Source of the DNA: an uncultured virus (IMG/VR IMGVR_UViG_3300006092_000199)
Lineage: Duplodnaviria > Heunggongvirae > Uroviricota > Caudoviricetes
IMG/VR virus record: IMGVR_UViG_3300006092_000199
Length of the DNA stretch: 20,000 nucleotides
Direction: 5' to 3' (one strand)
Positions 1 to 7,420 of this stretch are shown one piece after another. Each line of letters begins with the position of its first letter. Position 1 is the stretch's first letter. The position numbers and the translations under genes were made by a program. The notes below the pieces were generated by a model. The model did no database searches, was not told the DNA's origin, and saw only the letters and a list, made by a program, of their open reading frames with translations.

Positions 1-139
1 GATTACATAAAGGGACACCACGCAGCCCTCCCCTGGGCTATGCTGCCAATTGACCGACGCCCAGCGGTATATCAGGGCAACAAGGCCGAAGCACGGAGCG
101 GCCATAAATTGCCTCCCTGCGAAACATAGGAGATCCCAC

Positions 140-988
140 ATGGGAACCGCCAAGAAGAACGTGCCTGCCAAGACCGAGGAGCCTGGTGCCCTCACCAATG
201 GAGCCTATGACTACGGCGCGGACGCCGGGGCTGGCTTCGAAGGGACCAAGTCGTCTGACCTCGCAATCCCTTTCCTGAACGTCATGCAGTCCAACTCGCC
301 CTCCGTGGCGGATGGCACTCACAAGAACGGCGACATCGTCAACTCCGTCACTGGCCAGGTCTGGGCAGGCGACAAGGGCGTCCCGTTCCAGCCTGTCCAC
401 CACGAGCACAAGTTCGTCAAGTGGCGTCCGCGTGACAGCGGCGGCGGCATTCTCGGCACCTACGATCCCGAGGATCCGTATGTCGCCCAGACGCGCAAGC
501 TCAACGAGAGCGCCTTCGGCAAGCTGCGCACCCAGGACGGCAACGAGCTCATCGAGACCCACTATGTCTACGGCCAGGTCCTCAACGAGGACGGCTCCGA
601 CAGCGATGGCTTCGCCGTGATGGCGTTCACCAGCACCAAGATCACCCCCTACCGCAAGTGGTCGACCGCGATGTTCCTGCTCAAGGGCAAGCCGCCGCTG
701 TTCGCCAACCGCGCCCGGATGGTCACGGTGAACGACAAGAACGAGAAGGGCCAGGCGTTCAAGAACATCGAGTTCAAGCCCCTGGTCGGCGCCAACTGGC
801 TGAACAGCCTCATCCCGCCTGCGACCGAAGCGGGGCGCAACCTCCTCGAAGGTGCCAAGAACCTGCGCGAGATGATCCTGTCCGGTCTCGCCAAGGCCGA
901 CTACTCGACCCAGGACACGAGCGGCGAGGCCGCTCCGTCGGGCGAGAACGCGAAGGCCGGCAAGCCGGACGGCCACGTCCCGTTCTGA
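140..988 (+). CDS. Putative phage single-stranded DNA-binding / replication accessory protein
   Basis: ATG at 140 preceded by TAGGAG (127-132), a better start than TTG 50. Flexible C-terminal tail ends DGHVPF, like SSB C-termini. Lies upstream of a helicase. Function is inferred. Confidence 0.6.
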   Translation: MGTAKKNVPAKTEEPGALTNGAYDYGADAGAGFEGTKSSDLAIPFLNVMQSNSPSVADGTHKNGDIVNSVTGQVWAGDKGVPFQPVHHEHKFVKWRPRDSGGGILGTYDPEDPYVAQTRKLNESAFGKLRTQDGNELIETHYVYGQVLNEDGSDSDGFAVMAFTSTKITPYRKWSTAMFLLKGKPPLFANRARMVTVNDKNEKGQAFKNIEFKPLVGANWLNSLIPPATEAGRNLLEGAKNLREMILSGLAKADYSTQDTSGEAAPSGENAKAGKPDGHVPF

Positions 989-1012
989 GGTCCCATGCAG
1001 CCTCGGAACACT

Positions 1013-1042
1013 GGGGGATGGCTGTTGCGTCGTCCATCCCCC
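1013..1042 (+). terminator. Intergenic stem-loop (weak terminator or mRNA stability element)
   Basis: Perfect 9-bp inverted repeat GGGGGATGG (1013-1021) / CCATCCCCC (1034-1042) with a 12-nt loop. Only TTC follows, so there is no strong U tract. Confidence 0.5.
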
Positions 1043-1064
1043 TTCAACACTGGAGGGACGTCTC

Positions 1065-1367
1065 ATGGAAAAGTTTGTCACAGATCAGCCGCTGCCCGAG
1101 GGCGTCGATCGCGAGCTGCTCACCATTCTCGCCGAGGAGTGCTGCGAGGTCGGCCAGCGCGTCAGCAAGGCGCTGCGCTTCGGCATCAAGGAGGTCCAGA
1201 AGGGCCAGCCCCTGAGCAACGATCAGAGGATCGCCCAGGAGCTGGGTGATGTGATCTGCGTTGCCAACATGCTGGTCGGTCGCGGCCTGTTCACCCACGA
1301 TGAGATCCAGGCCGCTGCAGCTGACAAGCGCAAGCGGCTGATGAAGTATCTGCAGAGCGAGTTCTGA
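1065..1367 (+). CDS. MazG-like NTP pyrophosphohydrolase
   Basis: EECCEV...ELGDV (EExxE...ExxD) MazG metal-binding pattern. SD GGAGGG at 1052-1057. Confidence 0.75.
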   Translation: MEKFVTDQPLPEGVDRELLTILAEECCEVGQRVSKALRFGIKEVQKGQPLSNDQRIAQELGDVICVANMLVGRGLFTHDEIQAAAADKRKRLMKYLQSEF

Positions 1368-1368
1368 A

Positions 1369-2610
1369 ATGGAGTGGTCTCCAGAGCAGGAGCGGGCACT
1401 GGGTGCTGTCAACGATTGGATGACAGACCGTGGCTCGCAGGTGTTTCGTCTCTTCGGGGGCGCGGGCACTGGCAAGACGACGATCGCCAAGGCGATTGCA
1501 GAGGGAGTGGGTGGCACCGTCATGTTCGGGGCCTACACCGGGAAGGCCGCGCACGTTCTGCAGACCAAGGGCTGCCACGGCGCGAAGACCATCCACAGCA
1601 TGATCTACCACAGCCGGGACCAGAGCGCCGCCCGACTGAAGGAGCTCGAGCAGCGTGTCCTTGAGCTCCTGAACGAGCTCCGCTCCGAGCTGCACGACGA
1701 GGACAAGCACCTGGCCGACAGCGACCCCAGGGTCATGGAGCTGAAGGCACAGATCGACCAGGAGCGGCAGAATGTCTCCAGGCCCATGTTCCAGCTGAAC
1801 TATGACAGTGAGGTCAAGTACGCGGACCTGGTCATCATCGACGAGTGCTCGATGGTGGACGGGGCGATGGCCGATGACCTGCTCTTCTTCGGCACCAAGA
1901 TCCTGGTGCTCGGCGACCCTGGGCAGCTCCCACCCGTGATGGGCGAGGGCTTCTTCACCAAGGAGCAGCCGGACTTTCTCCTGCAGGAGATCCACCGCCA
2001 GGCGAGAGACAACCCCATCATCGACATGGCGGCGAGGGTCCGCGCGGGCGAGTCACTGGAAGTCGGGACCTGGGGCGAGAGCCGGGTCATACCGCTCAGC
2101 GAGGTAAATCCCCAGCTTGTGTTGGACGCCAGCCAGCTCCTTGTGGGCCGCAACGCGACGCGGCGAGACTACAATCGGCGCATGCGCCAGCTCCTCCATC
2201 CTGAGCACCAGTCCTGGATCCCCCTGGGCGGTGACAAGCTGGTCTGTCTCCGCAACAATCACGAGGTCGGCCTGCTGAACGGTGCCCAGTGGGAGGCCAT
2301 GGGTGTCTTGAGCGCGGACGAGGACCGCATCATCATGAAGGTCCGGTCCATGGACAACGATGCCCTGCTGGACGTCGAGGCTCACTCCCACCACCTGCTC
2401 GGCAGGACCGACGCGATCCCGTGGTGGTCCCGCAAGGAGGCCGAGGAGTTCGACTATGGCTATGCCATGACCGTGCACAAGTCTCAGGGCTCACAGTGGG
2501 ATGACGTGGTCGTCTTCGATGAGAGCTACTGCTTCAGGGAGGATCGTCACAAGTGGCTCTACACAGCGATCACCCGCGCGGCCAAGACGATAACCGTCGT
2601 CAAGACGTAG
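1369..2610 (+). CDS. SF1B DNA helicase, Dda/RecD-like
   Basis: Walker A GGAGTGKTT, AYTGKAA, TIHS, DECSMV, GDPGQLPPV, HRQ, and C-terminal YAMTVHKSQGSQW and LYTAITRA motifs. Confidence 0.93.
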   Translation: MEWSPEQERALGAVNDWMTDRGSQVFRLFGGAGTGKTTIAKAIAEGVGGTVMFGAYTGKAAHVLQTKGCHGAKTIHSMIYHSRDQSAARLKELEQRVLELLNELRSELHDEDKHLADSDPRVMELKAQIDQERQNVSRPMFQLNYDSEVKYADLVIIDECSMVDGAMADDLLFFGTKILVLGDPGQLPPVMGEGFFTKEQPDFLLQEIHRQARDNPIIDMAARVRAGESLEVGTWGESRVIPLSEVNPQLVLDASQLLVGRNATRRDYNRRMRQLLHPEHQSWIPLGGDKLVCLRNNHEVGLLNGAQWEAMGVLSADEDRIIMKVRSMDNDALLDVEAHSHHLLGRTDAIPWWSRKEAEEFDYGYAMTVHKSQGSQWDDVVVFDESYCFREDRHKWLYTAITRAAKTITVVKT

Positions 2611-2768
2611 GGCGTCTGCTTGAGCGTGTGCACAAGGATATATGCAGAGCACTGGAGCCCATAGGCTACATGCTGGTCAAGCGCCGCATGTCCAGAGCGA
2701 GGACCCTCGAGGTGGCAAGCATGCTAGAGAGGATCTCGCAGGACATCCGCCGGACGCTTGCTGACTGA
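2553..2768 (+). CDS. Possible small hypothetical protein (start uncertain)
   Basis: ORF fills the 2610-2797 gap on the coding strand. It overlaps the helicase end and has no clear RBS. Confidence 0.3.
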   Translation: MALHSDHPRGQDDNRRQDVGRLLERVHKDICRALEPIGYMLVKRRMSRARTLEVASMLERISQDIRRTLAD

Positions 2769-2820
2769 CACAACCAGAACATAGGATCAAAGCCTCATGC
2801 AATCAAGAGGACACAAGAAG

Positions 2821-4551
2821 ATGATCGGCCCACAGACCCCGCTCGCCCAGGAGACACACGCCCAGAAGTATCGCGAGGAGGGCGAGGATTTCCGGGAGTA
2901 CACCAATCGTGTCGCCAATGCCCTGACCGATGGGCCTGACGAATACCTGGCATTCCGCGACGACCTGGCCGATCAGGTCACCCTGCCGGGCGGGCGCATC
3001 CAGAAGGCCGCTGGCTCGATCCGTGGCGTGACGATGTACAATTGCTTCGTCTCCGGCACGATCCAAGACAGCTTCGTTGCAGGCGACGGCAGCATCATGC
3101 AGCGACTCACCGAGGCCGTCACGACCATGCGCCTGGGAGGCGGCATCGGCTACGAGTTCTCAACGCTGCGTCCCAAGAACGCCACCATCAAGAAGCTGGG
3201 CTCCAAGAGCTCGGGGCCGCTGGCCTTCATGGACATGTTCGATGCAGGATGTGCCTGCGTCAAGTCGGCGGGCGACCGCCGTGGTGCCCAGATGGGCACG
3301 TTCGACATCCACCACCCGGACATCATGGACTTCATCCATGCCAAGCAGGGGTCCGGTCGCTTCAAGAATTTCAACCTCTCCGTGCTGGTGACCGACGAGT
3401 TCATGGCCGCGCTGAAGTCCGGCCAGCCGTATGAGCTACGCTTCGGCGGGGAGAGCTATGGTGCCGCCGACCCGCGTGTCGTCTGGGACGCCATCATGCG
3501 GTCGACCTACGACTGGGCCGAGCCGGGTGTGATCTTCATCGATGAGATCAATCGCCGCAACAATCTCAACTACTGCGAGACGATCCGCGCCACCAATCCC
3601 TGCGGCGAGCAGCCGCTGCCTCCCTTCGGGGCCTGCCTCCTGGGCAGCATCAACCTGACCAAGCTGGTCGACACCTGGGGCGGTCGCCGCGTCTTCAACT
3701 TCACCCGTCTGCGCCAGGTGGTCGAACGCTTCGTCCGGGCCATGGACAACGTGGTGGACCGCAGCATCTACCCGCTGGAGGCCCAGCGCCTCGAGGCCCT
3801 CCAGAAGCGCCGGATGGGCATTGGAGTGACCGGGCTGGCCAATGCCATCGAGGCCCTCCTGAACCGCCCTGCCTACGGCGACGACGAGTTCGTCGAGTGG
3901 CAGCACAAGATCATGCAGGAGATCGCCCTGGTCGCCTACGAGACCTCCATCAAGCTCGCCGTCGAGAAGGGACCGTTCCCGCTGCTGGACCGTGGCAAGT
4001 ACCTGTCCGGCGACGGCTTCGCGGCGAAGCGCCTCCCTGAGCATCTCCAGGAGCTGATCTGGAAGCACGGCATCCGCAACTCCCACCTGCTCTCCATCGC
4101 CCCGACAGGGACGATCTCCCTCAGCGCTGACAACGTGAGCTCCGGCATCGAGCCCGTGTTCCTCCACAGCTACACCCGCGACATCCTGCTGGACGACGGA
4201 AAGCGGACCGAGACGATCGAGGACTACGGCATCCGGACCTTCCAGGTTGGTGGGCGCACGACCGAGGAGGTCACCGTCGACCAGCACATCAAGGTCCTGG
4301 CCAAGGCCACCGAGTGGGTGGACAGCGCCGTGTCCAAGACGGTCAACATCCCGTCGGACTACTCGTTCCAGGACTTCAAGCAAGTCTACATGAAGGCGTG
4401 GGAGGCGGGGGCCAAGGGCTGCACGACCTTCCGCTCAGGGGGCAAGCTCCAGGGCATCCTGCGCGCCGAGGAGAAGGAGACCGTGGCCGAGGAGAAGCCC
4501 GCCGAGGCCTGCTTCTTCGACCCGGTGACTGGCAAGAGGGAGTGCGCCTGA
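2821..4551 (+). CDS. nrdJ: Class II (adenosylcobalamin-dependent) ribonucleotide reductase
   Basis: NCFV, GGGIG, RRGAQM, TNPCGEQPL..GACLLGSINL, APTGTIS, SSGIEP, DSAVSKT, and a C-terminal Cys pair (ACFFDPVTGKREC). No ATP cone and no nrdB-like gene adjacent. Alternative start at 2797. Confidence 0.88.
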   Translation: MIGPQTPLAQETHAQKYREEGEDFREYTNRVANALTDGPDEYLAFRDDLADQVTLPGGRIQKAAGSIRGVTMYNCFVSGTIQDSFVAGDGSIMQRLTEAVTTMRLGGGIGYEFSTLRPKNATIKKLGSKSSGPLAFMDMFDAGCACVKSAGDRRGAQMGTFDIHHPDIMDFIHAKQGSGRFKNFNLSVLVTDEFMAALKSGQPYELRFGGESYGAADPRVVWDAIMRSTYDWAEPGVIFIDEINRRNNLNYCETIRATNPCGEQPLPPFGACLLGSINLTKLVDTWGGRRVFNFTRLRQVVERFVRAMDNVVDRSIYPLEAQRLEALQKRRMGIGVTGLANAIEALLNRPAYGDDEFVEWQHKIMQEIALVAYETSIKLAVEKGPFPLLDRGKYLSGDGFAAKRLPEHLQELIWKHGIRNSHLLSIAPTGTISLSADNVSSGIEPVFLHSYTRDILLDDGKRTETIEDYGIRTFQVGGRTTEEVTVDQHIKVLAKATEWVDSAVSKTVNIPSDYSFQDFKQVYMKAWEAGAKGCTTFRSGGKLQGILRAEEKETVAEEKPAEACFFDPVTGKRECA

Positions 4552-4757
4552 TGGGCAGCCGAGACATGACTGACTACAACGTCCACGTCGTCCGCCTGAG
4601 TGACAAGGCGGTGCTGGTGAAGCACGATGCCGACGACGACGATGACGACGCCTTCTGGCTGCCGCTCTCACAGATCGAAGGCGGCGACAACGTGACCCCT
4701 GGGGAGGGTGCCATCCTCGGGGTGCCGGACTGGCTGGCCCGAGAGAAGCACATGTGA
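4551..4757 (+). CDS. Small acidic phage hypothetical protein (68 aa)
   Basis: ATG overlaps the RNR stop (TGATG). MGSRDMTDYNVHVVRLSDKAVLV...FWLPLSQIE...VPDWLAREKHM matches a KAVL..W.P.SQ..P.WLA.EK pattern I recognise in phage proteins. Confidence 0.75.
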   Translation: MGSRDMTDYNVHVVRLSDKAVLVKHDADDDDDDAFWLPLSQIEGGDNVTPGEGAILGVPDWLAREKHM

Positions 4758-4915
4758 TGTGCGAGGCCTGCGAGAACACCGATGATCTTCCCGAGTGCGA
4801 GGGCTGCGGTTGCTGTCAGGACTGCTGCAACTGTGCTGAGACTGACTGCGACTGCGACGCCTGCCTCGGGCGTCGTGACATCAGCCCACCGCCGCCAATT
4901 ATGGACAGCGCCTGA
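4757..4915 (+). CDS. Cys-rich, metallothionein-like small protein (52 aa), not in the ORF track
   Basis: Hand translation: MCEACENTDDLPECEGCGCCQDCCNCAETDCDCDACLGRRDISPPPPIMDSA*. ATG overlaps the upstream stop (TGATG at 4755-4759). 12 Cys in the first 36 residues. Confidence 0.7.
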   Translation: MCEACENTDDLPECEGCGCCQDCCNCAETDCDCDACLGRRDISPPPPIMDSA

Positions 4916-4991
4916 CCCCTGGGTGGTGCACCATGCCCAGGCACGCCCCACGGGGCTCAACAGAGGAAAGACGTCATGAAGGACGACCGCA

Positions 4992-5306
4992 ATGTCTGAG
5001 GGCAACAAGAAGAGCCACTCAGGCCTCCACAATCTCAAGCGCAAGAAGAACCGCCTTGCCGATGGCATCGCCGCCTGCCGCAACATGATCAATGATCAGG
5101 CAGTCCAGGCCCGCCTCCGGCAGCAGTACCGTGCCATGCATCTGGCCGACTGCTACATGCGCGGGCGCTCCTACTCCTTGGTGGAGGCCAAGCGCCACAC
5201 CCAGCCGATCTGGGACCTGGTCGCTCACTACGTTCACCAGCACGGTGGGCCGATTGTCGTCATGCCTCCTCTCGACGAGTGGGCGATGACCAACACGAAT
5301 GCGTGA
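4992..5306 (+). CDS. Phage hypothetical protein
   Basis: AAGGA SD at 4979-4983. Basic protein with HLADCYMRGRSYSLVE, resembling a common phage LA..F.RG..Y..VE motif. Overlaps the next start. Confidence 0.65.
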   Translation: MSEGNKKSHSGLHNLKRKKNRLADGIAACRNMINDQAVQARLRQQYRAMHLADCYMRGRSYSLVEAKRHTQPIWDLVAHYVHQHGGPIVVMPPLDEWAMTNTNA

Positions 5307-5892
5307 GCCACTGCTCATAGGGCAGGCACCGGGTCCCAACACGGACCCGGCGCTGCCGCTCTATCCTCTGCCCAAGACCAGCGCGGGCGGTCGGCTGGCA
5401 GAGATCATGGGGCTGAGACCTCATGAATATTTCACGACCTTCGAGCGGATCAACCTGCTCCACAAGTTCCCAGGGAAGCACAAGCGCGACGACAAGTTCC
5501 CGATGAGGGACGCCAAGATCGCCGCGCGGGCAATCGAGCCGCTGCTGGCCGATCGCACTGTCGTCCTGGTCGGACGCAACGTGGCAAGTGCCTTCGGCCT
5601 GGACCTTCCGTTCCACTGCTGGAGCGAGGAGACCGCCCCCTGGGCAAGGATCGCAGTCGTGCCTCACACATCAGGCCGCAACTTCTGGTACAACGATCCC
5701 AGGAACCGGATCGAGGCCGAGCTGTTCTGGCTTGATCTGCTCAAGCAGCACGTTCCTGACAAAAACCAGTTGCCCAACATATTCTCAAGGCGCATAAAGC
5801 AGGACAGCCTGCTTAGGGCTCAACAGGAGTTACTTTCTCATGACAACGGTGACATTCCAGGGCATCCAGTTCACGGAGGCCATGCTGGCTGA
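5299..5892 (+). CDS. Uracil-DNA glycosylase superfamily protein
   Basis: Motif A-like LLIGQAPG, GGRL, INLL, VVLVGRNVA, and motif B-like VPHTSGRNFWYN (HPS to HTS). Confidence 0.72.
   Translation: MREPLLIGQAPGPNTDPALPLYPLPKTSAGGRLAEIMGLRPHEYFTTFERINLLHKFPGKHKRDDKFPMRDAKIAARAIEPLLADRTVVLVGRNVASAFGLDLPFHCWSEETAPWARIAVVPHTSGRNFWYNDPRNRIEAELFWLDLLKQHVPDKNQLPNIFSRRIKQDSLLRAQQELLSHDNGDIPGHPVHGGHAG
5770..5798 (+). promoter_or_regulatory. Putative sigma70-type promoter upstream of the modification cluster
   Basis: TTGCCC (5770-5775)-N17-CATAAA (5793-5798) in a locally AT-rich patch, about 40 nt before the ATG at 5840. Confidence 0.4.
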
Positions 5893-6394
5893 GGAGAGCC
5901 TCGGCGAGCTTCTCAAGACCTACAACAAGATCGCCAAGGAGAACGGCGAGACCACGGTCAACAAGTTCTCCGACAAGAAGTCGGCGGTGCGTCGCGTGTG
6001 GGCCATGCTTCAGAAGCACGGCAAGGCGACCAAGAAGACCGCCAAGGAGCCGAGCGAGCGCCGCGTGCGTGTCAAGCGGTTCAACTATGTCGCGGTCGGC
6101 CAGCCCAAGGCGTCCCGCGAGGACAGCGACGAGAACCCGGTCCTCCGGAACATGCTGCTCAAGGGCCTGCTGTCCAAGGACGGCCTCAGCTTCAACCAGG
6201 CCGTGGGCGTGGTGAACGAGTTCGATGCTCGCCGCCGCAAGCTCAAGAAGCCGATCCGCAACAACGGCAAGACCGTGGAGACGCGGGCCTACGAGGGCCT
6301 CCGCCTGATCCACTACTATCTCAACTACAGCCTCAAGCAGGACGGCGAGGGCGACGACGCTCCGATCAAGATCGTCGGCAACCGGAAGTCCTGA
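5840..6394 (+). CDS. Lys/Arg-rich hypothetical protein, possibly DNA-binding
   Basis: SD AGGAG at 5825-5829. Strongly GC3-biased codons and a basic composition. Stop lies 1 nt before the next gene. Confidence 0.8.
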   Translation: MTTVTFQGIQFTEAMLAEESLGELLKTYNKIAKENGETTVNKFSDKKSAVRRVWAMLQKHGKATKKTAKEPSERRVRVKRFNYVAVGQPKASREDSDENPVLRNMLLKGLLSKDGLSFNQAVGVVNEFDARRRKLKKPIRNNGKTVETRAYEGLRLIHYYLNYSLKQDGEGDDAPIKIVGNRKS

Positions 6395-6395
6395 C

Positions 6396-7262
6396 ATGGG
6401 ACGCAACTATGAGCGCCTGAGCATCGAGGACTTTGGCGCTCATCTCCTCCACACCGGGGACCTCGACCCCATCTACATCGCGCTCGACAAGATGGAGCTG
6501 GACCCTGTCCGGCTGTCGCAGTGGCTCGTGTCCTACTGGTGCCTCTATCACGCCGGGACCGCCTGCTGGATGGCCGATCAACCTGTGGGCCAGTTCTGGG
6601 ACAACCTGATGACCGCCGCTGTGAACACGGCAGAGACCCCCATCGGTGGTCGCTGGCCGCGTGGTCACGAGCGCCGTCACTTCCGTGGCCAGCAGGCCAT
6701 CGACGGCGTGAACAGCCTCCGCGCACGACATCCCTCTGGGCCTGCCGACATGGTCGCTGGCTTCCCTGCTCTTCTCTGTGGACGACCGAGTGTGCCGTTC
6801 AAGGAGATCAGCGAGCGTGCCCAGGAGGAGCGTGGCTTCGGTCCTTGGATCTCCTTCAAGATCGGGGACATGGTGGATCGCCTGGGGATTGTCCCGGTGA
6901 GCTTCGACCAGGCCGAGGTCTTCATGTTCAAGGACCCGACCGAGGCCGCGCTGAAGCTGTGGCGTCTCAAGGCTGGTCTCCACGAGGACGCCCAGCCGAA
7001 GGATAAGATCGGCGCCATCACGCAGGTGGTCGACTACCTGCGCATGAGGTTCAAGGACGAGACCGCGCCGCCCACTCACGAGCGGGCCGTGGACCTGCAG
7101 GAGATCGAGACGATCCTCTGCAAGTGGAAGTCTCACATGAACGGCCACTATCCCCTGCTGAACGACACGCTCGAGATCCGAGCTGGTCTGGCAGCCTGGG
7201 GCCAAGTCTCACCCATGGCCGCGCAGATGCGCCGCCTCATGCCGGAGGGGAACATCGCATGA
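6396..7262 (+). CDS. Amino acid:DNA transferase (aGPT-Pplase2 / ADDT family)
   Basis: GDLDPIY, RGHERRHFRG, FGPWISFKIGDM and QEIETILCKWKSH..GHY motifs typical of this glycosylase-fold family. Context of 5-hmdU genes. Confidence 0.85.
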   Translation: MGRNYERLSIEDFGAHLLHTGDLDPIYIALDKMELDPVRLSQWLVSYWCLYHAGTACWMADQPVGQFWDNLMTAAVNTAETPIGGRWPRGHERRHFRGQQAIDGVNSLRARHPSGPADMVAGFPALLCGRPSVPFKEISERAQEERGFGPWISFKIGDMVDRLGIVPVSFDQAEVFMFKDPTEAALKLWRLKAGLHEDAQPKDKIGAITQVVDYLRMRFKDETAPPTHERAVDLQEIETILCKWKSHMNGHYPLLNDTLEIRAGLAAWGQVSPMAAQMRRLMPEGNIA

Positions 7263-7420
7263 CCTACATCACGCATCTGCTCGCCGCCGCCCTGGGCCTG
7301 GTCTGCGGCGCTCTGCTCATGGGCCTGGCCACCATGGCAAGCATGGACCACGGCCAATTCATCAACCGTGCTGAGAAGGGTGACCGTCTCACCATAATCC
7401 CGGAGCAGCTGAGACAATGA
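7259..7420 (+). CDS. Small predicted membrane protein (53 aa)
   Basis: ATGA overlaps at both ends (7259-7262 and 7417-7420), SD GGAGGG, and hydrophobic N-terminus LLAAALGLVCGALLMGLA. Confidence 0.65.
   Translation: MTYITHLLAAALGLVCGALLMGLATMASMDHGQFINRAEKGDRLTIIPEQLRQ

Noticed and set aside
50..73. TTGACC...TATATC as a sigma70 promoter
   Set aside because: The spacer is only 12 nt.
2821..4551. Intein or intron in the RNR (also checked polA and the helicases)
   Set aside because: Frames are continuous and of compact length. No C...HN intein ends or homing endonuclease motifs were seen.
4628..4652. GAC/GAT trinucleotide run, and the nearby GACTGC repeats at about 4844-4858
   Set aside because: Explained by poly-Asp and Asp-Cys coding. 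Not a CRISPR array or independent repeat.
4782..4979. 65-aa Ala/Thr-rich ORF from the track
   Set aside because: An alternative frame of the Cys-rich ORF 4757-4915, which has the coupled start and typical codon pattern.
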